Shown here: positions 38,880 to 49,700 of the stretch, in pieces
Layout: the number at the start of each line of letters is the position of its first letter
Numbering within the stretch: position 1 is the first letter of the stretch
NCBI GenBank assembly: GCA_038228235.1
Contig: JBBRPK010000007.1
Span: forward strand, 5,813-69,812
DNA: 64,000 nt
Direction: 5' to 3'
Source: Verrucomicrobiota bacterium
GTDB lineage: Bacteria; Verrucomicrobiota; Verrucomicrobiia; Limisphaerales; JBBRPK01
Notes under the pieces: generated by a model
The model's input: the letters and a program-made list of their open reading frames with translations, nothing else
Database searches by the model: none
What the model was told of the DNA's origin: nothing
Translations under genes and position numbers: made by a program

Positions 38880-39202
38880 TTCTGACTGGTTTGGGGGAGC
38901 TTATCAAGGGTTTCCGACACGAATTAAGACGAATTCTGACAAGTGATTTTAACCGCAGATAATTCAGATGGACGCAGATTGAAGCAGGGACGGGTTGAGT
39001 GAAACGCAGAGAACGTTCGCCCTTCGGAGTGAGATTGCTGTGGAGTTGCTGGGGCAGGGGTCGTCGCATTCCCGGAAGATGGGGCTTCCCGCTTTCACGA
39101 TTTCTCTCTGCATTCTATGCCCATCGCGCGTGGTGGGCTTAGATTGGTTCGCAACAGAAACCTTTCCTTCTCCTCGATTAAGCCTTATAGAGTGGGGAGA
39201 AC

Positions 39203-42200
39203 ATGAATTTCTTTAAGTTGATCGAGATTAAACCTGGAGTAAGCAAGCTTGGTCTGGCCGGCCTTCTTCTCGCTTCTGGAGGCGCGGAGCTTTTCGCCCA
39301 ACTCAGTCCGCCGACTCAGGAACCGGTGGTGGGGGCGCGCATGCCGGCCCTGAGCCCGGATGGCAAGGATCTGGCCTTCGTTTACCGGGGTGATATTTGG
39401 ATTGCGCCTGTCAAAGGCGGGCGCGCCACTCCGCTCACCTCGCATATCGAGACGGATGCTTTTCCTCTCTTTTCCCCAGATGGAAAATGGATCGCTTTTG
39501 CCAGCAAGCGCAATGGCAATTGGGACATTTTTGCCATCCCGGCGGCAGGAGGCGCAGCCCGTCAACTCACCTATGCTTCAGGGTCTGAGATTCCCTTTGG
39601 CTGGAGTTCTGACGGCAAGGAGCTTCTTTTTTCGAGCAGGCGGGACACGGCCAATTACACCCTCTACGCCCTGGACGTGAAGACTCTCCGTTCTGAAGTG
39701 CTTTGTGAAGACTATGCGCCCATTAATTATCCCAATTACTCGCCGGACGGCAAATCGGTCGTTTATGGTCGTTACGGATTCCACTGGACGCGACCGCGCT
39801 ATCACGGCTCGGCGGCGGCGCAAGTCTGGCTGCTGGATGTTTCCAGCAGCAGCAAAACCCGCCACCCTCTCACGAGCGACGGTTTCCAACATCTCTGGAC
39901 GCGCTTCCTGCCTGATAACAAACATTTGCTGACGGTGACGGTGGGTGAATTGACTCCGTCCGTGAGTACCATCGACAGCGCGATTCCCAGATTCTTGGAT
40001 AATCCTAAGCGGACGCCGAACCTGTGGGTATTCGATCTGGAAGGCAAAGGGAAACAACTCACGACTTTCACCGGCGGGGCGGTGCGCTATCCCAGCGTGG
40101 CCGCCAAGTCCGGCGACATCGCTTTCGAGTATGGGAGTGATCTCTGGCTGCTCAAGGAGGGCCGCCGTAAGGCCGCCAAAATAAAACTGGTAGTGGCCGC
40201 TGACGAAAAACAGACGACTCGCCGCCGCGAAAAGCTGACTTCGGGCGTGACCGAAGCGGAGCCTTCACCTGATGGAAAGAAGTTCGCTTTTGGCCTCCGG
40301 GGTGACATTTGGACGGTGCTAATTGACAAGCCTAAGGGAGTGGCTGGACGAGGGAGCGAGTTCGCCCGACGTTTGACGGACTGGGTGGGGGACGATTCGG
40401 ATTTTTCCTGGTCTCCGGACGGCAAAAAGCTCTTTTTCACGTCGGACCGGGAATTTAATACCCGGCTTTACGAGATGGATGTTGAATCCCTCAAAGTGCA
40501 GCCTCTTTGGGATCGCGATGAAGATGTCACCGGGGTTCGTGTGTCCCCTGATGGCAAGCAGCTTGGGTTTTGGGTCTCTGGCACAGAGGGCGGCCTTTAC
40601 GTTTGGACCCTTTCCACTGGCGAATCGCGGCGCATTGTGAAAGTCCCGGGTCCCCAATGGCGAGGAATCGGCGGGGGTGATTTCGCGTGGTCGCCCGATC
40701 TGAAATGGATTGCTTACTCCAATCGCGGGGAAAGCCGAGCCTGGAACATCTGGATCGTTCCAGCGAAGGGCGGGGAACCGGTGAACGTCACTCATCTTTA
40801 CGCCCATCACGGACAACCAACCTGGTCGCCGGACGGGAAGTATCTTTTTTTCCAGAGCGATCGTGACGGAGAGGGCCTCTACGCTCTGCCTTTGATTGGC
40901 GAACCGATTCGCACCACCGACACCGATTTCAAATTTGAAAAGCCGACCAATTCCGTCACGGTCACGATCGACTTCGAAAATATTTCGCGGCGCATCCGCA
41001 AGGTCACGTCCCAGAGTCCCCAAGCCGACCTGACCGTGACCGGTGAAGGGTTGATCTTGTTCGTTTCCGAAGGCGATATTTGGTCGGTGCCGTACGATGG
41101 CAAAGAGACCAAGCGTCTGACCACGGGGGGGGGCAAGTCCTCATTACGCGTCGGCAAAGCCGGCAAAAAGGCTTTCTACATTCAGAACGGGGAGATCTAT
41201 ACCATGAACATCGAGAGCAAGGGCTCGGAAAAGGTCTCGTTCACCGCGGAATGGGAGCGCGATGTGCGAGCGGAACGGCGGGCGGCCTTCATGCAATTCT
41301 GGCGTTCCTATCATCGGGGCTTTTATGATCCGAATTTTCATGGGCGCGATTGGGTGGCCATCCGCAACAAAATTGAGCCGATGCTTGATGCGGTCGAAAC
41401 CAATGAAGAGTTTGCTTCACTGCTGCAAATGATGGTGGGGGAGCTGGAGTGTTCCCACTCCGAAGTTACACCGGCGCCCAATGGAACTTCCTCCCCTGTC
41501 ACTCCGCAACTTGGCTTTACCTTCGATTACGGTTATCCGGGACCGGGCATCCGTGTCGCCAAGGTGCCCGTCGGTGCCCCGGGTTGGTACGCTAAAACCA
41601 AGATCAATGAGGGGGATTACATCCTGGCCATCAATGGCAAGGATGTGAGCCTGGATGAAAATCTTTATCAGTTCATCAATGACAAACAGGATCGGGAGTT
41701 TGAATTCCTGGTCAACTCGAAGCCGGAAAAACAAGATGCGCGCGCCGTGAGATACAAGGTGCTGACGCAGGATGAATGGACCGATTTGAATTATCGAAAC
41801 CGCATTGATCGCCTGCGCAGTTACGTGGAAGAAAAAAGCGGCAACAAGATCGGCTACCTGCATATCTCGGCCATGGGCTACAACAACCAAACCCAGTTCG
41901 AGCGGGAAGCCTACGAATACATGGTGGGCAAAGAAGCGATGGTCATCGATGTGCGCTTCAACTCGGGCGGGAATATCGCCGACACCTTGATTGAGTGGCT
42001 GGATCGAAAACCCCACGGGTACGTGCGCCCTCGCGATACTCGCCCTGAGCCCACCCCGTATCATGCCTGGGACAAAAAGATTGTCGTGATCATGAACGAG
42101 CACAGCTATTCCAATGCGGAGATATTCCCAGACGCCATGCGCGCCCGCGGGCTCGCAAAACTCGTCGGCATGCCGACCCCCGGGTATGTCATCTGGACCG

Positions 42201-42421
42201 ATGCGCTTAGGCTGGTCGATGGCACCAGCGCCCGCATGCCGCAAAGCGGCGCCTTCCGTCTTGATGGGACGAACGAGGAAAACATCGGGGAGCAACCTGA
42301 TGTCCAGGTCCCAATGTCCCCGGACGATTGGCTGGCGGAGCGGGATCCCCAGTTGGAAAAAGCCATCGATCTGCTAATCGGCCAAGCCGAAAGCAAGGCT
42401 GCTGACGAAGTCGAGCCGTAA
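39203..42421 (+). CDS. tricorn-protease-like peptidase (PD40 beta-propellers + PDZ + S41 peptidase domain)
   Basis: The signal peptide is 'LGLAGLLLASGGAELFAQ'. There are repeated PD40 strands ('SPDGKDLAFVYRGDIWI', 'SPDGKWIAFASKRNGNWDIF', 'SPDGKYLFFQSDRDGEG'). The S41-type core reads 'IGYLHISAM' and 'VVIMNEHSYSNAEIF'. Its length of ~1070 aa is typical of the family. Confidence 0.85.
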   Translation: MNFFKLIEIKPGVSKLGLAGLLLASGGAELFAQLSPPTQEPVVGARMPALSPDGKDLAFVYRGDIWIAPVKGGRATPLTSHIETDAFPLFSPDGKWIAFASKRNGNWDIFAIPAAGGAARQLTYASGSEIPFGWSSDGKELLFSSRRDTANYTLYALDVKTLRSEVLCEDYAPINYPNYSPDGKSVVYGRYGFHWTRPRYHGSAAAQVWLLDVSSSSKTRHPLTSDGFQHLWTRFLPDNKHLLTVTVGELTPSVSTIDSAIPRFLDNPKRTPNLWVFDLEGKGKQLTTFTGGAVRYPSVAAKSGDIAFEYGSDLWLLKEGRRKAAKIKLVVAADEKQTTRRREKLTSGVTEAEPSPDGKKFAFGLRGDIWTVLIDKPKGVAGRGSEFARRLTDWVGDDSDFSWSPDGKKLFFTSDREFNTRLYEMDVESLKVQPLWDRDEDVTGVRVSPDGKQLGFWVSGTEGGLYVWTLSTGESRRIVKVPGPQWRGIGGGDFAWSPDLKWIAYSNRGESRAWNIWIVPAKGGEPVNVTHLYAHHGQPTWSPDGKYLFFQSDRDGEGLYALPLIGEPIRTTDTDFKFEKPTNSVTVTIDFENISRRIRKVTSQSPQADLTVTGEGLILFVSEGDIWSVPYDGKETKRLTTGGGKSSLRVGKAGKKAFYIQNGEIYTMNIESKGSEKVSFTAEWERDVRAERRAAFMQFWRSYHRGFYDPNFHGRDWVAIRNKIEPMLDAVETNEEFASLLQMMVGELECSHSEVTPAPNGTSSPVTPQLGFTFDYGYPGPGIRVAKVPVGAPGWYAKTKINEGDYILAINGKDVSLDENLYQFINDKQDREFEFLVNSKPEKQDARAVRYKVLTQDEWTDLNYRNRIDRLRSYVEEKSGNKIGYLHISAMGYNNQTQFEREAYEYMVGKEAMVIDVRFNSGGNIADTLIEWLDRKPHGYVRPRDTRPEPTPYHAWDKKIVVIMNEHSYSNAEIFPDAMRARGLAKLVGMPTPGYVIWTDALRLVDGTSARMPQSGAFRLDGTNEENIGEQPDVQVPMSPDDWLAERDPQLEKAIDLLIGQAESKAADEVEP

Positions 42422-42659
42422 CCCGAATACTTCACCATTTCGGGTGCGATGGAACTGATTTTCATCAACACCCCGCGACACGCCATTCAGCGAGGTGATC
42501 GTCGAGCGTGTGGAGAGTTCGCATTCGTCGAGGCTAAAGCGCGGTCTTAAGGAGAGAGAGGGCCTGGAGGCACTGAGATTTTTGTGAGTTTTTCGAGCAC
42601 TGCGAATTGTGAATTGTGCTTGCAATTGAAAAGGGGCGTGTCATTTTTGAACCAAGCAC

Positions 42660-42893
42660 ATGAAGATACTTCTCCAGCATACTGGGAGTGGCCTTTTCTT
42701 TAAGGGCTTGGACACCTGGGTCCGCGATGAAACCGAAGCGCGCACGTTCGGCACAGCATTGAGCGCTATCGAGTTCTGCGAACAACATGGCATCTCGGCG
42801 GCTCAGATCATCCTTCGCCCTGGAAGCGCTGAGGATGATATTCGGCTAGGGCCAATTACTCCCCTTGGCCCTACGGATGCCCCGAGAATTTGA
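42660..42893 (+). CDS. hypothetical small protein (77 aa)
   Basis: It is a clean ATG ORF ('MKILLQHTGSGLFFKGLDTWVRDETEARTFGTALSAIEFCEQHGI..') in an AT-richer islet. I recognised no family. Confidence 0.4.
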   Translation: MKILLQHTGSGLFFKGLDTWVRDETEARTFGTALSAIEFCEQHGISAAQIILRPGSAEDDIRLGPITPLGPTDAPRI

Positions 42894-43305
42894 GATCGGT
42901 AATCCCCGATCTTCCAAGTCATTTTCCGTAGTGATCAGTGAACTTCACCGCCGAATGTTCGGACGTAGTTTGGCGTAATTGGATTGGGCGTTCGCTTACG
43001 CCAATGGCCAACTCCGGGCTTAGGCGCCTTTTCTGGAGTTCTCCCGGAAAGCTCCTTGGGCCGGGTCAGGTCTTTCCAAATAACGCGGGCAAGAATTCAC
43101 AATTCCAAGCACAAATTCGATGAATCGTGGCGGACACCCGCCCGGCCTCAGGAGTGAATCGTATTCGGATTAGCCCTTGGATAGAGCAGCCGACCAAACC
43201 CGGCCCCCATTTAATCGCTCGATGAAAATAGGGGAATCCCCTAGATGCCGTCTCGTAGGTTTACGAATCTATTGGATGGGAGGGTGAACCGATGGTTTAA
43301 GCATT

Positions 43306-43761
43306 GTGCAACTTGGACATGTGAAATTAATGTTGGCGCTCGTTTTCGCTCCGATGACCTCCTTCGGGATGGATCGCCTGAGCGCATTGTCGAGCTTTGA
43401 AACAGGCAATAACGATGCTATGGTGGGCCGAGCGGGGGAGATTAGCCGCTACCAAATTCTAAAGGCCGAATGGCGCTCAGTGACGAGCTCCACCAGCTAC
43501 CGGGACCCAAACGTGGCCCGGCAGGTCACATTAAAAATTCTCGAACAACGAGTGGACAAGTTCAAGCTTCGGTATAAGCGTAATCCGACCGATTTCGAGT
43601 TCTACGCCTTGTGGAACGCTCCTACTCAGGCGCTGACCGGCCGCATCAGCCGCGTGGTGGCTGAACGTTCCGAGCGATTTGCCAACCTGTGCGGTTGGAA
43701 CAACGGTCCCGTGGCCAGCCTGAAAGTCTCGTCGCGGGTCCGGTCTCAAGCCGCCTTATGA
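43306..43761 (+). CDS. small secreted lytic-transglycosylase (SLT)-like protein
   Basis: 'SSFETGNNDAMVGRAGEISRYQI' resembles the SLT catalytic motif E-(S/T)-x-x-N-x-x-A-x-x-x-x-G-A-x-G-x-x-Q. The signal-like N-terminus is 'MLALVFAPMTSFG'. The start is GTG at 43306 or ATG at 43330. Confidence 0.45.
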   Translation: MQLGHVKLMLALVFAPMTSFGMDRLSALSSFETGNNDAMVGRAGEISRYQILKAEWRSVTSSTSYRDPNVARQVTLKILEQRVDKFKLRYKRNPTDFEFYALWNAPTQALTGRISRVVAERSERFANLCGWNNGPVASLKVSSRVRSQAAL

Positions 43762-44007
43762 GCCAGAGTCACCCCCAGAGGCTGCGGCGGTCGGGAAATC
43801 TTTCTTCTGTTCCCCGCTGGCTTCTTTGAAATCACTGAGCTTGCCTTTTTTGATCGAGCCATCCTTTAGCTTCAAGGTGATTTCGGGCGGCCAGCCCGCC
43901 TGCGCCTCGACAATGCTGTCCACGACGCCCACTGCCCCTGAGATTCTGTGAACCATGATCTCACCGAGGTAACCGCGCCCCGTTGCCGCTGTTTTTGATT
44001 TTCCCAT
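43756..44007 (-). CDS. hypothetical small protein (83 aa)
   Basis: The ORF overlaps the 3' end of the SLT-like gene convergently by 6 nt. I recognised no motif and coding status is uncertain. Confidence 0.3.
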   Translation of the reverse strand: MGKSKTAATGRGYLGEIMVHRISGAVGVVDSIVEAQAGWPPEITLKLKDGSIKKGKLSDFKEASGEQKKDFPTAAASGGDSGS

Positions 44008-44269
44008 AGCGATTAAAAACTAATCCAAACCGAAGATGGCTTCAACGTCCAAATGGAATCGTTTTTGCCGGTGGCGATGGTGATGATAGGGGTGTGAGAC
44101 CAAAAACCAGGTCTTCTTAACTCGAGCTCGCCTTCGGTTGACCCAAGGTGGCGTTTGTGAATCAACTGCGGGCTTGAACCGGATAAGCCCATCGGGTAGA
44201 AATCCCCAGGCTTCTCGCGAAAGGGTTCGGTTAGACGGCCTGAGGGAATTCAGAACGGGAATAAAATTG

Positions 44270-44854
44270 ATGCAGCAAAAAATACGATCTCCATTCGCCC
44301 AGACGGTCCTGTTTGCTCGAAACTTTTTAAAATATCCAAAGCTGGTGGGGTGGATGCTTCCCAGTTCCCCTTTTGTGGTAACTCAAATGCTCAAAAAAGT
44401 GGATTGGAAACGCGCGCGCGTCATTGTGGAGTACGGACCTGGAATTGGCACCTTTACTACGGAAATTCTCCGCAAAATGCGGCCTGACGCTCATCTAATT
44501 GCTCTGGAGATTAATGGCGATTTCGTCCAGTTCCTAAAAAGTTCCGTTCAGGATCCCAGGCTGCAAGTCATTCACAGTTCCGCCGCCGATGTGGATGTCC
44601 AACTCGAGCGCTTGGGTCATCCGGCCGCTGATTATGTTATTTCCGGCCTTCCCTTCAAGACGTTGCCTAAAGAACTCTGCCGCCTTGTGGTTCGGAAAAC
44701 AGAGGCCGTGTTGCAGCCGCAGGGGGCATTTCTGGTTTATCAACTCTCAGACGCCGCGCTCTATTACCTGGAGCCGGTCTTCAGCAATGTGCAGCAGGAT
44801 AGCCATAGGCTCAGTATTTTTCTGCCAGCTCGACTATTCTATTGCACCCGCTGA
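44270..44854 (+). CDS. class I SAM-dependent methyltransferase (phospholipid N-methyltransferase / rRNA adenine dimethylase-like)
   Basis: SAM motif I reads 'VIVEYGPGIGTFT', and 'YVISGLPF' and the N-terminal 'FLKYPKLVGWMLPSSPF' are typical of COG3963-like enzymes. I prefer the ATG at 44270 ('MQQKIRSPF'). The ORF opens at 44138. Confidence 0.7.
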   Translation: MQQKIRSPFAQTVLFARNFLKYPKLVGWMLPSSPFVVTQMLKKVDWKRARVIVEYGPGIGTFTTEILRKMRPDAHLIALEINGDFVQFLKSSVQDPRLQVIHSSAADVDVQLERLGHPAADYVISGLPFKTLPKELCRLVVRKTEAVLQPQGAFLVYQLSDAALYYLEPVFSNVQQDSHRLSIFLPARLFYCTR

Positions 44855-44893
44855 ATTGTCTTGCGGAGGGGTCGCTGCAGGCAGGCTTAAACG

Positions 44894-45571
44894 CTAAAAG
44901 TTGAAGGTGAACGCGGCGGTTACCGAATGTGTTTTATTATCTCCAAAACGTGTTTTACCTGTCCCGCCCCCTTCTACATCCGCATCCCACGCCGGGGCAG
45001 TCGTGCCGAAGTAGCGATAAGCGATACTCACGCCCATGCGATCATTGATATTGTAGCGAATACCTGCAAATCCGTGGTAGGCGAAGACGGCATCGGATTG
45101 GGCGCCTGACAAGACGACGCCGTTTAGCACGAGATCATGAGCACGCAGGATGGCCGTGGAGCCGCCGAGTCCCCCGCCCAGATAGGGCACGAACCGGTGG
45201 GATCTGGGGCATTGCACCACGAGATTGGCCAGAATCGGCACATTGGCAAGGCTTCCATCCGCTTGATCAGCGGCAGTGATCGATTTGATGTTATTGTAGG
45301 TGACTCCACTTTCCAGCTCGGTCGCCAGCCAATCAGTGATTTGATAGCCCGCGGCAAAGCGAAATTGAATGCCAGGATCAAACTTCACTTTAACCCCGGA
45401 CAACGGTCCGATGACCGGAAATTCCCTCAGACTGGTGTTCTCGGTAAAGGCTGGCCCGATGGCGCCCTTGACGTAGAAGGCAGTGTTCTGGCCGAAAACT
45501 GAGTCCGTAGAGAACAGGACCAGCCCAGAGAAACTTGCCATCCAACCCATGAAACGAATAGTTCTTTTCAT
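44894..45571 (-). CDS. outer-membrane beta-barrel protein (OmpW/OmpA-barrel-like)
   Basis: The signal peptide is 'MKRTIRFMGWMASFSGLVLFSTDSVFGQ'. It has alternating-hydrophobic strands and a C-terminal aromatic end, 'AAFTFNF'. Confidence 0.7.
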   Translation of the reverse strand: MKRTIRFMGWMASFSGLVLFSTDSVFGQNTAFYVKGAIGPAFTENTSLREFPVIGPLSGVKVKFDPGIQFRFAAGYQITDWLATELESGVTYNNIKSITAADQADGSLANVPILANLVVQCPRSHRFVPYLGGGLGGSTAILRAHDLVLNGVVLSGAQSDAVFAYHGFAGIRYNINDRMGVSIAYRYFGTTAPAWDADVEGGGTGKTRFGDNKTHSVTAAFTFNF

Positions 45572-45842
45572 AATTACTCCTGTCGCAATTAATTGATTTT
45601 TGACGTCGCGCAACCGCCTCGACCCGTCAGTTCAGTCCGATGTGCTTTGCTAACTTTTCTGCAATGGCATGTCAACATTTTAAAAGAATTCACCTCGACG
45701 AAAGCCTTCACATCTGCGGGTCTTACGATGAAACTCAGACAGACTTCGGCGCGTCCACGTGAACTCACGAGGTTCAGAAGCAACTCGTCGCGAAACTCTG
45801 ATCCGCTTGCCTGAACAGCTCCGCAGCCCATCCTGGCCTGCC

Positions 45843-46754
45843 TTATCGAAGTCGAAACCCGCCCTGGAAAATAACCTCCGCTAAGGTCACGACTAGAAAC
45901 ACAGAACTAATCAGCGCATTGAGGCGGAAAAAGGCGGTGTTGATCCAGTTGAGACTGCGACGGCGCGCCAGCCAATGTTCGAGCAATAAACTCAAGAGGA
46001 TGAACAGAAGACCCGCCAAATAGGCCACTCGGAAATGGGACAGCAAGCCGAAGGCGAAGAGCAAACCCCACATCACCATGTGGGATAAGAATGCCGCCGC
46101 CAGCGCATTTTTCGGTCCCCATCCCACGACCAATGAATGGAGCCCGCGGCGACGATCAAATTCGTAGTCCTGGAGAGCATAAATGATATCGAAACCGATC
46201 AGCCAGCACACCACCGCCAAAGCCAGCACCAGCATTGAACCCGTCTCGAGCAGGGAAATGCGGGCGCCTTTTACCGCCAACCAGGCCCCCACGGGCGCCA
46301 GCGCCAGGGCAATGCCCAGAAAGAGGTGCGTATAATCAGTGAAGCGTTTTGTCAGCGAATAAAAGCAAATCACCACCAGCGCGGCTGGGGACAGATAGAA
46401 GCAAAGAGGGTTGAGCAACCAACTGGCCAGCACCAGCCCCCCTCCGCTCAGCAAACAAAGCGTCCACGCGCCAGCCACTGTCACCTGGCCCGTTGGCAAA
46501 TGGCGCGAGGCGGTGCGGGGATTGGCCAAATCGAATTCCCGATCCACGATTCTATTGAAGGACATCGCACAGGTGCGAGCGCAAACCATCGCCGCCAGGA
46601 TCGATGCAAATATTCGCCAGCCCGGCCATCCGCGGTTTTCGCGCGCTGCCACCACCATCGCCGCCAAAGCGAAAGGCAGGGCAAAAACGGTGTGCGAAAG
46701 CTTAACAAACTCAGCCCATTTTCGCAGTGAGGAAGCAGGGGGAAAAAGGGGCAT
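45843..46754 (-). CDS. UbiA-family aromatic prenyltransferase (4-hydroxybenzoate polyprenyltransferase-like)
   Basis: It is polytopic, with Asp-rich motifs 'NRIVDREFDLANPRT' and 'YALQDYEFDRRRG'. I prefer the start 'MPLFPPASSLRKWAEFVKLSHT' at 46754, which lies 4 nt after the helicase stop. Confidence 0.8.
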   Translation of the reverse strand: MPLFPPASSLRKWAEFVKLSHTVFALPFALAAMVVAARENRGWPGWRIFASILAAMVCARTCAMSFNRIVDREFDLANPRTASRHLPTGQVTVAGAWTLCLLSGGGLVLASWLLNPLCFYLSPAALVVICFYSLTKRFTDYTHLFLGIALALAPVGAWLAVKGARISLLETGSMLVLALAVVCWLIGFDIIYALQDYEFDRRRGLHSLVVGWGPKNALAAAFLSHMVMWGLLFAFGLLSHFRVAYLAGLLFILLSLLLEHWLARRRSLNWINTAFFRLNALISSVFLVVTLAEVIFQGGFRLR

Positions 46755-46758
46755 GAGC

Positions 46759-49700
46759 TCAAACCACGGCCGGCTTTTCTGGCGGATCATCCGAAAAGAG
46801 GAACTGCAAATCCTCCAGAGACAGGCTGCCGGCGAAACTATCCTCACCCAGCACATCCGCCACCAGCGCTGATTTAATGCGTTGCAGCGAGCGAATCTTT
46901 TCTTCGATGCTTCCTTTGGTCAGGAGACGATAGGCGATGACCTTGCTCGTCTGCCCGATGCGGTGAGTGCGGTCGATGGCCTGGCTTTCCACCGCCGGGT
47001 TCCACCACGGATCGAAGAGCACCACGTAAGAGGCGGCGGTGAGGTTCAATCCAAATCCACCCGCTTTGAGGGAGATCAAAAAAACGGCGGCGCCGGAGCT
47101 TTTCTGGAAATCCTGCACCAACTGCCCGCGATTCTCGGTGTCGCCCGCCAGATAAAAATGGGGCCAGTTTCTCTCTTGCACCACTTCGCGCAAAATATCG
47201 AGCATGGTGACGAATTGGGAAAAGACCAGCACCTTGTGCCCTTCCTGCATTAGCGGGTCGATTAATTCTGTAAAGGCATTGAGCTTGGCGCTCTCGGCAT
47301 TCCTGGCCTCCGGGCTGTAGAGGGCCGGATGGCAGCAAATTTGGCGCAACCGCAAGAGTGAAGTCAGGAAATGGAAGCGAAACTCATTTAACTCCTTGCG
47401 TGTCTGCACATTCAGCAGCATTTGCTGGGCGCGCTTGAATTCCGCGACATAGAGGATTTTTTGCTGGCCTTCCATTTCGCAATAAAGGTCTTCCTCGGTT
47501 CGGTCGGGCAAATCCGTCGCCACTTGGGATTTGGTTCGGCGCAACAAAAAAGGCCTTGCCCGCGCCGCCAGCCGCCGGTGGGCCAATGGATCTTCGGACT
47601 TGTCAAATCGCTTGACGAACTGCGCGCGGTTGCCGAGCACGCCCGGCATGGCGAAGGCCATCAGGCTCCATAAATCCAGCAAGCGATTCTCAATCGGCGT
47701 CCCGGAAAGGGCCACGCGGTAGTCTGCTTTCAGCGAGCGAGCCACCCGCGCGGTTTGCGATTCCGGATTCTTAATGTACTGGCCTTCGTCCAAAATTGCG
47801 GTTAGCCACTCGATGCTGGTCATGGCTTCTCCCAGCCCGCGGAGTTGCGCGTAATTCATCACCAGTAAATCGGTTTCGGCAATGGCTGCTCGAAGCCCGC
47901 TTCCATCGGTTCCTTTCCAAAGCTGCACCCGTAAATTCGGGGTGAATTTTTCGGCCTCTCCCAGCCAGGTGTCCATGACCGATTTTGGGCAGACCACCAG
48001 GGTTGGTTTTTTGGGCTGATCGGGCTGTTGTCGCAACCACGCCAGCCAGGTCAGAGTTTGCAGAGTTTTGCCGAGGCCCATGTCATCAGCCAGGATGCCG
48101 CCAAAATGATTGGCCGTCAGATAGGCCAGGAAATGAAATCCTTCCACTTGATAGGGGCGAAGCTGAGCGCGCACGCTTTCTGGCACTGGAGGAGTTACAC
48201 GCGTCTTCAATTCACTAACGCGCCGCTGGATGTCTTCGGCCTGGCGTTCGGGCAACAGAGTGGCCGCGGTCTTATCGGCCAGTTGTAGCGCGTGCAAACG
48301 CTGGGGTTCCGATGAAAAATCTTTCGCGCTCAAGCCCAGCCGCGCCAGCCGTTCGTCATCCTCGGAGGAGAGATCGAATCGGAGCCGGCGCCAGCCTTTT
48401 TTTCCCAGACGCACAAACCGGCCCTGGGCATCCAGCAGCGCCTTCAATTCATCCTGGGTCAGTTCGGTATCTGTGACATTGAGCACTACCTTCAGGTCAA
48501 ACCAATCCACGCCGGCCTCGGTGCAATCCAATTTCACTGTGGCCTGCGTTGGCTCCTTCGTCAGCGCGGACAACTCGGCGTCCAATTCCACTTTGATGTT
48601 TTCAGGAAGAGATTGCAACCATCCGAGAAAGGTTTGCGGCAGGTTTTTGGTTAGCCGGATGCTCCAGTGTTTACGGTAATCATCCCATTTGAGCCCGAGC
48701 GGTTCGAGTGCGGCCGGAATGCGCTCCAGGGCGCTGCGATCATAGAGATAAATGGTCTCGGTTTGTTTTTTTGAAGGCAATCGCCCCCGCGAATCAGCTT
48801 CCCAGCCGGCAGCGGTGAATATCTCCTTGGCCCTGGTCTTTTTCGCTTCCGCCAGGACCTCCACGAAGATGAATTCGGCATCGCCGCCATAACCGTTGCC
48901 CGGCCTGAGTTCGCAGGAGATGGTGGCCTCGAAGCTGACTTTCTCAGCGCGCTGTTCAAGGCGGGGGGGAAGGTCGAGACCGAGCCGCAGGACAAGGTCG
49001 AGGCCCTCAGGTGTTTCCAGGGCCGGAGCAGGAATCGAATTGACCTGCGTGGCATCGAGGGCGCCTTCCCAAAGAAGGGGGCCGGTGTAAATGCCTTCAC
49101 TCGACACGTAGAGCGTGGGTTGGCCTGGCAGAGTAAGCCAGATGGGAGGCGGCGGGCTGCCATCGGACCGAACGAGGCGCACTTGGTAATCGTCCTTCTC
49201 CGTTTCCGCAGGGAGCAAATTCCATCGCAAAGGCTCCGCTATCCGGATAAAAGGCTGGCCCGTTTCCATGACGATTCGGTCGTGCAATCCCGGCAGGCGC
49301 AATAACGGGTTTAATAGCTGTCTGGCTTCCGGGTCGTCGTAGCGGAACTGGCTTTTCAATTTCGATAATCGATACTCGTGATGGTAGCGTTGAGAAAAGG
49401 AGTGCCACAACGAAAAGGCCTCCGGGACAATTTCCAAAGTTCCCGCAAAATACTCCGCGAGCAAACGCCGCGAGGTGGAAGATTTCAAGGGCTTAAAGGC
49501 TCCCTCTCCCGTGGGTTTCGATTCCAAGTGAGATGTCTCGCTCCCGATGACCAAACGAAAATCCACAGGGCGGGTCTTGCCCGAGGCCAGGCCTTTGCCC
49601 CGGGCCTGCTGGAGTTGCTCCTGCCAGCGCAGGATATCCCGCCGCCGTTTCATTTCCGCCAGCGGCTCTCGGATGGACTCGAAATCGGTGACGGCCTCGA

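Noticed and set aside
38930-39000. 'CGCAGATAATTCAGATGGACGCAGATTGAAGC' in the POP/tricorn divergent region, whose reverse translation gives 'ICVHLNYLRLK'.
   Set aside because: It resembles short intergenic pseudo-peptide repeats I recall from PVC and cyanobacterial assemblies. Only one copy is in the window and I cannot verify the family, so I do not call it a feature.
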